Origin: Podarcis gaigeae
Taxonomy: Eukaryota
Assembly (NCBI GenBank): GCA_964106915.2
Contig: OZ066921.1
Length of the DNA stretch: 64,000 nucleotides
Strand: one strand, 5' to 3'
Part shown: positions 16,536-64,000 of the stretch, piece after piece
How the letters are laid out: every line of letters starts with the position of its first letter
Numbering within the stretch: the first letter of the stretch is position 1
Translations under genes and position numbers: made by a program
Notes under the pieces: generated by a model
What the model was told of the DNA's origin: nothing
The model's database searches: none
The model's input: only the letters and a program-made list of their open reading frames with translations

Positions 16536-19500
16536 GTAAGCGGAGGTGGTGGGAGGTCGGAGGAAAGGAGGGCATGGTGCCCGCGCCTGCTCGTCCACCT
16601 CAGTATTGCCGGTACGGAGTGGTAGCAGTTTTCTCCTGGGTTCCAAGTGTGAGCCTGGGAGTTCCTGCCAGCAATGCTAGGTCGTTTTCTGCGGGTCAGG
16701 ATCTGGAGCATGTTTGTTGGGTGCTGCTTTCCACTGGGTAATATGGATCCAGGTTTGTGTATTGAAGCTTGCAGCTCTGGAGCCCAGTCCTGAGCACATT
16801 TGCTCTCTAGTAAGTGTGCTCAGGACTGCAGTCTAGAACAATCATCTATTTGAATTAAAACAGACTAAGATAATAAGTTTAAATGCATTCTGCCTCCCCC
16901 ATGCCCGCTTTTATGGTTTAGGGATTTTTTACTTTTACTTTATAAAAATTTTCTATTAACATTAACACTCTGGAAACTAAATAAATTCAAAATAACTTAA
17001 AACCTTCCAGTCTAAAATTTTGCACATTCATGTGGAAATTGTTGTGGAGGTCTTTCAACTAGCACCACTTATGGTACCAATTTTTCTCACTTGCTTAATC
17101 CTCAACCAGGTTCCAGTGCCATGTTTTACTTGGCAGCAGCTGTGTCTGATTTCTACATCCCAGCTTCAGAGATGCCTGAGCATAAGATCCAGTCTACTGA
17201 TGGACCCCTACAGGTGAGCTCAGCAGGTACTGGAATTTTGTTCCTGGAGACTTGTGGTCCATTAAGAGCACCAATTAAGCACTCCAGTTAAATGCACGAT
17301 TAAGCACCATTAAATGCACCAATTAAGCACTCCAGTTGTGATGTATAAGATTACTTTTATGTTGCCAGAGCAACAGGGGCTGCTGGGGAACCCACAAAAG
17401 TATTGGCTAAATATAAGCCTGTAAATTAGACAGGCTTATATAGAGGCATTCCTTTGCCTTTGCTTTCCACATGCATAGAAATAAAATAATATTTTCAGAG
17501 GGGAAGCATGCCTGCATTATCAGAGATGGATGCCTGATTCAGCAAGAATTCAGTGTCTAATTTATGTCAGATTGGTCCTAAGCTTATGTCAGAGTTGCCT
17601 CCAGGTCCCAGCTCACAGAGGACCAACGCTAGTCAGTAATAACGTATAAAAGTCTTTATTGAAGATTAGTTTCCATTTCCAAACCGCAGCGTGCAACTCT
17701 ACGTCTTAGAACTTAGACCGGCGAAGCTCCATCTGAGTCTCCGCCTCCTAGACACCAGTCTAAGACTCTAGCCTTACTCCACCTCTTCCGTTGTTCTTTC
17801 CTCCTCTGGGTCCTTCTGCCCCCTGGGGTTTCCTCCTTTCTGGACTCTTCTGACGCTGACCCCCCTGAGTCTTGCCCCTCCTTCCGGTGGGCTTTAGGAC
17901 CTGGCTCCCTATCCGGGCTACCTGCTGTGCCGCTCGCCTGTACATTTGAATTTGGCGCGCGCGCCCAGCCGGTAACCTTCCTCCTGACCGTTTCCCCGCT
18001 CTCCGATGGAGGCGTGGTCAATCCTGACTCATCTCCTCTCGCTGGTAGTGAGAACACTGGTCCCGATTCCTGGGACTCCTCCCCCCCACTGCGCTCTGGT
18101 GGGGAAGCTGGTCCTGATTTCCAACTGCTGCTCTGGGAGTCCCCGCTGGCCCCTTCCTTCTGGGGTTTCCCCCTTGGCACCCCCCTTGGCCTGGCCATCG
18201 GCGCTCCCTTCTGTGAATCTTCCGATTTGCTGGAGAGGCTCGTGGAATCCCTCTGACCACTGTCACTGCCTACACCCCCCTCGGATTCCTCCTCCTCGCT
18301 CTCCATTTCCTCCCTCTCCTGTGCCTCTGCTCCTGAGCCCCTGACAGCTTAGTTTTTCCCTGCACAAACACTCACAGATTCTCCTAACAATATTTCTTCA
18401 CATGTAAGCTACCTATCAACATATACATCAATATATTTATCCACTACAGAGGCCTGTAGCCAAGCACCAGAACCCTGGGTTGTAGTACCAGATTGTTACT
18501 TTGCTCCACCTTTTGATATTCCCCCTCTAGGAGCACTCACCAGCTTTTCCTCTGTTGCCCTGGGATGGGTCTCTTCCTTGGAATCTGGGGTGGACAGGGC
18601 AGTCTAGGCCCTATTACTAGGTCTGCTTGTGTGTCTATTTGTCTGTACTGTACACATGTTCATGGAATGATCATACTGGGACAAATGAGGAAATGCAAAT
18701 AAATATCAAACCCAAGGAACATCAATGTTTGTTTTCACAGAATAGCAGGCAGGAAGAAAACGGATTTTGTGGCCAGAGCCACCAGTTCAGTTATAGAGTA
18801 GTAAAAGGTGGCTAGTCCAATACAAGGCAAACCTACCTTGCTTGGATCTTAATCGAGTTAGTTACTCTTAGTGCAAGAGAAGCTAAAGGCAAGGTGCTTA
18901 GTTTATAGGGAGGTTTGGAGATGGGTGTTTGGAAACTCAGCAAAGTCCATGTGCAAACAACAAGAGTTGCAGCTCCAGTGATAGCTGTAGGTGTGCAAGA
19001 TACTTAATGCTTGAAATGTGGAAATAAGGGAGAGGGTTGCGACACAGTTATAACCTCTGTCAAACAATGAGTAGGTAGAAATGGTTCCCTGATTTTTAAA
19101 TTAGGACTGCTTATAAAGGCTGGGTTATTTGTTGGGTTCTCTCTGTGCCAACCCATCCCTTTCCCAATCTCAGGCTATCGCTGCATCAAGAGCATGTGTG
19201 TGTTAGAGCTAGGCGATATCAGCTTTTCAAATATGTGGTGTATTATCAGCCAAACATTGCGTTTTGGCTATATACCGCAATGTTGAAAAAATAAGCTGCA
19301 TTGGCTCTGCCTGCAAGTGCCTCCAGTGATCGTTGCTAGCAAAAAGACTCAGGAGCCGTGGCGGTTTTCACCAGCAATATACTGCTGAGTGAAACCGACA
19401 TCACGGTCTGCTCCTCATACCGGTCCTGGGCGATATTGTGTGCGCATTATGCTGAACTTCTTTCTTAAGAACATAAGAAGAGCACTGCTGGATCAAGTCA

Positions 19501-20009
19501 TGGGGCCATTTAGTCCAGCGTCCTATATTACAGTGGGCAACTGGTTGCCTGTAGAAAACTGTCAAGTAGAAGTTGAGCACAAGAGCACTCCCCTCCTGTG
19601 GTTTACAGCAACTGGCATGCAGAATTATTACTGCCTCTAGCTGTGGCCATCTCCTCTGTGAATTTGTCTAATACTCCTTTCCTTGTTGCAGATCACAATG
19701 AAGATGGTGCCAAAGATGTTATCCCCTCTGGTTAAGGAATGGGCTCCAGAGGCATTTGTGATCTCATTCAAGCTGGAAACAAACCCTTCCATCCTGATTG
19801 ACAAAGCAAAGCAGGCATTGGAGAAATACTGCCACCAGGTGGTGGTTGCCAACGTGCTGGACTCCCGGAGAACCTCCGTGATTGTGGTCACCAAGGACTC
19901 GGAGACTCAGCTGTCGCTTTCTGATGACGAAGTGGCCCAAGGCATGGAAATCGAAGAGAAGATTGTCAGCTATCTTGAGTCCCAGCACAGGGCTTTTATG
20001 GAGAAATGA
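16019..20009 (+). CDS. PPCS: Phosphopantothenoylcysteine synthetase, complete, 312 aa: join(16019..16535,17110..17213,19692..20009)
   Basis: [68 protein letters not shown] motifs; strong Kozak gcggccATGG; phases 1 and 0 compatible. Confidence 0.97.
17110..17213 (+). CDS. PPCS: PPCS exon 2
   Basis: ccag|GT...CAG|gtgagc, 104 bp. Confidence 0.95.
17587..18346 (-). mobile_element. Solo LTR (760 bp) in PPCS intron 2
   Basis: Termini TGTCAG...CTGACA, perfect 5-bp TSD GCTTA, AATAAA on the minus strand near the left end. Confidence 0.85.
19692..20009 (+). CDS. PPCS: PPCS exon 3
   Basis: ttgcag|[22 protein letters not shown]...AFMEK*. Confidence 0.95.
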   Translation: MTMKMVPKMLSPLVKEWAPEAFVISFKLETNPSILIDKAKQALEKYCHQVVVANVLDSRRTSVIVVTKDSETQLSLSDDEVAQGMEIEEKIVSYLESQHRAFMEK

Positions 20010-23000
20010 CTTCTCCTGAGTAAAAGTGACTTCTTTGATTCCTCAGAACAGAATAGACAAATGGTTAAGAGGTGAACCGAAGATGTTTTTATTACTGCTA
20101 AATCGTGTCAAAACTTTACTACAATGGCGTATAGGATCAAAAGGGTGAAATTCTGACATAATTTTGGCTATTTTTGCACAACACACGTTTGCTGCTTGTT
20201 AGAAATATATACCATATAAATCTAAACATTCCTAAGTCACGGCTTTTCTGAGTGTGCCATCCCTATCTCCTGTTTTGTTTAGCCTTGTGTGATCAAACTT
20301 CAAGGAATGTTTGAATACTCTCTCCTTGCAAGCAAGGTTAGATGGCTACACCTTGACCCTAATGACTTCTGGCCATTCCACTTGATCATAGTCTGACCAG
20401 GACAGGCCCTGGTGCTGTTTACATTGCTATATGAAGGTTTTTGCTAATGCGTAACCTTCTGAGTCTATATTAAAATATTATATGGGGTTAGAGCAGGGCC
20501 GAGGAACCTTCCTTTTGCATACCTGTCAGTAGTAAACTCTGTGCTGGCAGTGGATGGGACCAAAACCAGCTGTGGACAGAGCCAGAAGTTGGCATGGGTT
20601 TTCTTTCCCACCCTGTGGGCTGCCGGGGAAGGAGCAGTTCATTCTTGCTGGAGGCCTGAGCTGATTGTGCATAGGGGGCTATTGAAATCAGGCTGTAAGA
20701 CTGCATGAAACACACCTCTGGCTTGGAGATGTTCACCTTTGTGCCATGTGCCACTAATTTGGGTTCAGTTTTTTACTCCTGCCAAGGTGGCAGAGCCTTT
20801 GCTTTCACTATTGTGCATTCAGCTGTACTTTCGATAGTTTAAATTGTTATACGGTGCCTAATGTACATCACAGGTGAGAAGGCACCATAAGTATTGAAAA
20901 GGACAACAGCCATGTCATGTGGAGGCTATAATCTTAATTTCAATAGTTAGGGGTGACAAGATGATGGTGTGATGGGAGAGGAAGGAAGGAAGTGATTATA
21001 CTGAAGACTTTTCCATTTGGGAATTAAGACCAGGGTTTGAGAGAGGGTGGTTTTGAGGATCGATTTAAAAGGAGGCAGTGATGTATGTAGTACCATTTTT
21101 TGCTAGCCTTCCCCAACTTGGTGCCTGTCAGATGTTTTCTACTACAAATCCCATCAGCTTGTCAAAGCATAATCTTAAATATATTTATTTGTACTTTAAT
21201 CAAATGGTACAAGAATAGGTTACAAAAACACCAGTTAATATTAAAATCATAAAATGAAATCACAAAACTAACCAATGATGAAGGTAACAAAAGAGCAACA
21301 CGGAACATCAGTGCAGGAGCAATGCATGTCTCTACAGAAGTGAACCCCTTTGAATTCAGTAGTGCTTCCTCCCAGATCAGTATAGGAATGTTGTGTCTGT
21401 CCATTTCCTGCCATGTGATTCCATGCTTCCTCAGTTCTTTCTGTGTTCATGTATTTGAGTGCACAGCTCCACCAAAATGTCTGGTGTTGCATTTTTTTAA
21501 AGTGTATTTATTTGGAAAGAACATGTTTTAGATGGTCTGAAAGGCAGCCTCCCCCATCTTCTGCACTATAGATCTTTTGGATAACAACTCCCATCAGCAA
21601 CTCTTCAGTAACCTGTTCTGCCTGAGGATGATGGTTTTTTTAGCCCAAAATATTGAGGGCAACAGGCTGAAGAAAGCTGCTTCAAGGCCTGATGTATTTG
21701 TTCATGTTCAGTTTCAGAACCAGGTAGATGACCAAAATTGTTCTTTAATTGTTTCAATCCTGGTGAAGTTAAATCTCTAATTAGTCTTTCAGTAAATGGG
21801 GATCAGGGTACACACACCCATATGCCTGCATATGTAAAGTACAAAAGTAAAAGAAGTTTTGCAATGGCATATGTATGTTGAAAACAAGCACAGCGAGATT
21901 TCACAACAGCAGTAATAACAGAGTACACAGGTATACAGGATCCAGATTCAGTCTTCTTGTGGGAATAGTTGACAGAGGAATGGATTGCATCCAACATTAG
22001 CCCTACTCAGAGTGGGCCCCTTGAAATGAATGAACGTGACTAATTAGACCCCTTAATTCAATTGGGTTTAGGACTTAGTTGGAAACAACCCTCAGACTTC
22101 ACCATAGGGTAGCAGTGCCAGGAGATGGAAGTGAAGGAATGGGGTTTCTTCTGTGCAGTCAGTTTAAAACTGACCCATTCCTTCAGAAGTATGTAGTTTG
22201 AGAAAAGCTGGAGCATAGGTTTGTAATGCCAGTGAAAAAGTCACCCACAGTTGGAATTAATGTTGTGATTTTTCAGTGCCAGAAAATCAAGCAGCAATGT
22301 CACAAAAACTGGCTAGGGTGGTAAAACCTGGGTTTTGAGGCTTCCTATTATTTCTCCACCCCACACACTAATCTTGACTGCCCACCAGGGACATGGGTAT
22401 GGACAAAGGTTGGCTCACAGTGGAGAGCAGCAGGTATCTCTGCAGGTTGGTCTGATATCTGACTTTGAAGCTGGGTCCTGTGCATATTTACGCACAGATA
22501 AGTTCCGCTGTGTTCCAAAGCAGAGTTAGAAATGTATCTGTCTAAGCTGTGTGGCTGCAATCTATACATACATTTTGGCATGTGTGATAGATAGAATAAG
22601 AATCATCATACGTACATACATACATACCTTATGTGGGAATACTCTATTCGAGTTATGTCTTTCATCCAAAAATGTATAGGATTTTCCTGTGACTATTTTG
22701 ACCCCATATGCTTCAGTTCTGTGCTGTCTTGCATTGGAGTTGATCCCAGCAACTCTTTGGGACTTAACATTTAAGTAAGCAGGCTTAAGGGTTGGTCGCA
22801 TGTTTCAAAAGCGGAAATTGGCACCTACTTCTTAGCAGAAAGCTTCACACATGTCTTTTACATACAAAACCTAGTGAACTCCTTGAATTTACTCTGTTAC
22901 CTTGCCACGAGTGCTACTATTCCTGCATGCTTACCTGGGAGTAAGCCCCATTTACCATAATGCTGAGCGACTTACCGTAACTTCCAAATAAGCACAGTTC

Positions 23001-23465
23001 CCACAGCAAGCACAATCCTGTGTTCGTTTAGCAAGTCACATTACCTTTTACGGTCATTGCCTCTCAGCCCAATTTACCTCACAGGGTTGTCGTGCAGGGG
23101 GGGATTAAAGGAGATTGGGGAGAACTAGACACCATCTTAAACATCTTGGGGGGTGGGTGCGGGAAATGTGGGACATAAATGAAATAATAAACCCCTGTGG
23201 GTGCTTGCCTTAGGGAAAAAACCAGCAAAGTTTACTTCCGAGTAACGCATGCAATGCAAGCGAAATGGGTTTTACCCGCGGTGGGGGCGTGGGCGTTGTC
23301 ACCTTGCCACGACTACATGCTCCGCGGGAGGGGGGCGCCCTTCTCCCCCACTGCTCTGAGGCTTAGCCGGGGCCTGGAGGGTAGGCCTCGTTGCCATGGT
23401 GACCGCGGCCTAGCTTTGGGCTCGAGTAATCCGAACCGGCTCTCAACTGGCGTTGCCGAGCTCGC

Positions 23466-60198
<36,733 letters not shown>

Positions 60199-61695
60199 GG
60201 GGACAAGGGAGAAATTCCAAAGTGGAATAACAGTACAGAAACCTCTTGTCACTGCTAGGTAGTATTGCTTCCATTTGTCAGGCTGCTTTATCAGATTTTT
60301 AGCTTTAAAGAAAACCTTCTAAAGACCTTACTGTCTTTGTTAAAAATGTGACTTGTACAGCTGTAGTTATGAGTCTTTAAAATATATATTTTGTATTAAA
60401 ATTTGTAAATTATAACAAGAGAGGGATAGTTTTACATACAAAAAGAAAAAAGAAAACAACAAAACTGTTTGTTCCTTCATTTTTTCATTTGGCAATTCTG
60501 TGTGGGGATTCCATACCTTAAGGAAATGCCCACTTGAAAGGAAAATACTGTAATTGTTTTGTCTTCTCCTGCTGGATATGCCACATACTATTTTAGTTAT
60601 AAGTCTTTTATCTTGTGCCAGATTTTTAAATAAATATTCCAGAAATGTATCTGTGACAAACTTTTTGAACAAAGGACTCAAAAGGTTGCATCCAACTAAG
60701 GTATACTCCAAATAGACTTGCTGAAATTAATAGTCCTGTAGTAGTCATGGCTATTATATTCAGTGTGTCTATTCTGAGTAAGAGTAACATTGGACATACA
60801 CCTTGGGCCTCCATATGCATTTACTTTCTCTGGGCCCTAAACCCCTGGAGCTTGAATGGTATTGAGATGCTGTTGCCATCTCATACACGGTCAATGCAGA
60901 ATATGGGAGGGATCACACCACAGCCACCAGGCCTCAGAGGAACACACTTGGTTTCAGTGGTGCAAAGTCCAATGCCTTCCAGCTCGTAGCATGGATTTAT
61001 ATAATCTCAGCTTTATCGCAGAAGAAGGGCCCTTCCAGATGTTTATTGAGCATTCATCTTAACTGGCTTTCACAAAGCTTATGCAGGTTAGCTCTTTCTT
61101 GCCTCCGGGATAGTTACACATTCATCCCATATTTTCAATGCTTTTCCTGTTGCTTTCAAAACTTGAGGAATTCCATTTTCTTGTTTTTAAGGTGGATATG
61201 TTGAGGTAGGACAGGGTTGGGGAACCTTTCTAGCCTGGCAAGCCTATGTTCCCCAGCCTTCACAGGCCCGGTTTGAGAGTCCAAATGTGCATCACCCAAC
61301 ATCACAATGACATCGCCTGCAGGAATCTTCAGAAGCCCCGTTTAAAGCACTATTTTGAGCAGCATTTTGAATGAAGATTTTGAAGAACCAACAATACCAT
61401 GTAGATCACAAGGGCCAAGTTGTAACCATTAACTATCAGTTTATCAGTCAATGGCAACATTCTTCAAAGTTCATCAGCACTACATTTCCTTCTGTTGTGC
61501 TCACATCCAACATCTTCATTTTTTCCATCTTTGATCTCTGAATGTGTATTAGAGTAAAACATGCACCAACGTCATGTTTCCCTTGCCTCACCTAAAATGC
61601 CACACATATATATTTGCCAAGTGGCTCTGTGCCAACAAAGGAAGCTGCCTTGTTATCCCGTGAACTGCCCCGAGACCTGCGGGTATAGGATGGTA

Positions 61696-61888
61696 CAGTG
61701 GTACCTCTGGTTACGAACTTAATTCATTCCAGAGGTCCGTTCTTAAGCCGAAACCGTTCTTAACATGAGGTGCGCTTTCGCTAATGGAGCCTCCCGCTGC
61801 TGTCAGCACGCGACATCCGCTTGCATCCCAGGGCAAAGTTCGCAACTGGGGGCATCTACTCCCAGGTATGTAACCCAAGGTTCCACTG
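61696..61888. mobile_element. Tc1/mariner MITE, same family as 1342-1545 in the opposite orientation
   Basis: TA|CAGTGGTACCTCTGGTTAC ... GTAACCCAAGGTTCCACTG|TA. Confidence 0.85.
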
Positions 61889-62149
61889 TATACAAATTTA
61901 ATTAATTTTAATTAATTGGGTAGTCAAAGTTAAGAGACTTCCAGTGGGTGTGGGGAAATGAAAACTCTTCTCACCACAGCTCCTTAAACGGGTAGAACAG
62001 CGTCTCTTCCTTACCTACAGATCAGGGCTAGTCCCACCCACCCCGTTGTTGCCTTGACGCTGCTGGACTACAACTCCCATCACTGCTCGACTGCTGTACA
62101 CGCTAGCAGGGGGCTGATAAAAGAGTTGGTTTCCAGCGCCATACGGAGG

Positions 62150-62390
62150 GCAACAGGTAAGCCCACCCATCTCTAGAAAAAGAAACAAAAATCCTCCGTC
62201 GAAGCTTCGAACGAATAGAAGCGCAACGGCAGACAGGAAACTCGAACAAAGACCGCGAGGCAGCTTTTTACTCGGTGATCATTTAAAATTTCCGGCAAGT
62301 AACAGGACGTGACGTATTTTCCAACCGAGTGCCTCTCCGTGAACCGCGAAGGGGGGCCGAGCTTCCACTTCCGGGTGAGAGGTGGTCGCC
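62150..62390 (+). promoter_or_regulatory. PPIH CpG-island promoter
   Basis: CpG-rich; CRE/ATF-like TGACGTA 62310-62316; ETS ACTTCCGG 62367-62374. Confidence 0.7.
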
Positions 62391-62628
62391 ATGGCGGTGT
62401 TGGCTTCCAATCCTAACAACCCCGTGGTGTTCTTTGATGTCACGATAGGCGGCCAGGTAAGGCTCGCTCGGGGGAGGCTGAAGGGGGGGGAGGTCTGGCG
62501 TGGGGGCGAGGGAGGGGCGCGCGAGGAGGAAGAGGAGGCTCTGACGGTTCTGCCCATGCCCAGGAGGTCGGCCGCATGAAAGTGGAGCTCTTCGCCGACG
62601 TGGTCCCCAAGACGGCGGAGAACTTCAG
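62391..62628 (+). CDS. PPIH: Peptidyl-prolyl isomerase H (cyclophilin H, U4/U6 snRNP), 5' part: join(62391..62456,62564..62628); continues beyond the window
   Basis: [22 protein letters not shown]|[22 protein letters not shown]; canonical splice sites; follows CCDC30. Confidence 0.95.
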
Positions 62629-63294
62629 GTAAGCCTGAGGAGAAAACTCGGCGGAGGACTGGTCGTGTATTTGTGTTTGACAGACAATGCGGCATGCCAT
62701 AAAGATGCGCGGCGAGAGCGACACCTCTGGGCCCTATGCCGCATTGTCTCCCGGCCTCCTTTTCTTCCGGCAGCCTTGTTAATGCCAATGATGGTAGCGG
62801 TGGGTAACGAGTGAGTTGTAAGCCTAGAGCGACGCGTCTCGGCTCATATGCGCGCGGGAAGCTGTGCTGGTCCCACGTGGCTGATTTCCTTCCCTTTTAA
62901 AAAATAACATTAAAAAATCCCCTTTTCTGTCGAAATCGGCACGGGCAACGCTAGATTTCTGACATAGAAATGGGGTTAGCCAAGTGGGGTTGCTTAGAAA
63001 ATCTGATCTTGTTTTGTGTGGGAACTTTAAAAAACCAAGAAATCCTGAGTTAGAAAAAGCAGAAGCTCCTCGCTGATGCTCCTTGTTCTGGTGACCAGTC
63101 ACAACTCTGGGTTGCTCTTAGGACTGGCGCTACGGATTGGCCTTGCCCTGTACCTGCAGGGACCCCACTGCCAACCCTAAAGCCTCCTGGGCCTGCTCTT
63201 CCTGTGGCCCCTCCATATTGTGACCACTGTCTCTAGTCCACAGCGGAGTGGTGAGGAGACAGGAGACCAACCTTCAGATATTTTCCCTTCCTAG

Positions 63295-63313
63295 GCAGTT
63301 GCACAGGTTTTAG
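63295..63313 (+). other. Degenerate PPIH exon-3-like microexon (19 nt, in-frame TAG)
   Basis: ttttcccttcctag|GCAGTTGCACAGGTTTTAG|gtgaga resembles the 24-nt QFCTGEF exon. Confidence 0.55.
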
Positions 63314-64000
63314 GTGAGACATCAGATGAAGGGGCAACTGCATGAATTAACAAAGGTGAGGAGGCAGCAGATGGGCCCACTCAGGAAGTCCACTGAAGGC
63401 ATCTTTCTCTAAAGACTGTTGGAAACCAGGAGACTTGTGCGGATTCTGTGGCACTCTAAATGTCACTTGACTACTACTCACATCATCCATGGCTATTGGC
63501 CATACTGGTTGCGGGCTGGTGGTACTTGTAATCCAGTAACATTAAGAGTGCCACAGGTTCCCTCTAGCAAAGCTTCCTTATTTTATGCTTTTGTCAACTC
63601 TTAGATTCATGAAATGGGAAGCCCCTCAAAGTCTTACTCATTGTGATCCAATTACTAATAATTTGCTCAAGTGGTCACTGGTTATCATAGTGACTTGGCA
63701 CTTTGGATTTCCCCAGCCTTTTCATGTTGACTAGAATTTAAATAGAGTCTAGTAAACAATGCAACCACTGGTTTTACTGGCTTGCTCTCCATCCTGGCAT
63801 GGCAAAATGTGCCCTTAGGCAGATCTGTATTAAGACAGCAGTAAACTTTGATTGGGGGCTGTCTTCTCTCACCACACAGCTAGTTCTTGCCTGTAGGGTT
63901 GGATTTGATCAGAGGTCAGCAACTGACAGGTCACTGGCTGAATCTGGTCTTCACCATCTCCAGATAAATACCCTCCCCTCCCTTCCTCAGAATGGTTCAG

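Noticed and set aside
15908-16711. 267-aa minus-strand ORF
   Set aside because: Antisense shadow of the GC-rich PPCS exon 1, non-ATG start, no recognisable motif.
17713-18306. Novel host gene nested in the PPCS intron
   Set aside because: Lies wholly inside a TSD-flanked solo LTR and is low complexity.

Overview
Vertebrate genomic DNA, almost certainly a squamate and probably a lacertid lizard (inferred from a Sauria SINE and the repeat landscape). It contains a compact spliced gene cluster that I reconstructed exon by exon: the last four coding exons and 3' UTR of SLC2A1/GLUT1 (+); complete ZMYND12 (-, 8 exons, 369 aa) head-to-head with complete PPCS (+, 3 exons, 312 aa) on a ~210-bp bidirectional CpG promoter; a complete 26-exon CCDC30 (+, ~1190-1200 aa, much longer at the N-terminus than the human canonical protein as I recall it); and the first two exons of PPIH (+). 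Introns hold SINEs, CR1/L2/L1/RTE fragments, hAT and mariner MITEs and two solo LTRs with intact 5-bp TSDs; there is one 200-N gap. Most notable: a perfect 105-bp inverted repeat (Penelope-like, 13-bp flanking direct repeat) in CCDC30 intron 4 carrying a minimal hammerhead ribozyme motif on each strand; a 19-nt, stop-containing degenerate copy of PPIH exon 3 with intact splice sites; and identical AG|GCAAGTTGA non-canonical donors in the last introns of convergent SLC2A1 and ZMYND12. I found no wholly new multi-gene system. All comparisons with human genes are from memory, not database searches.
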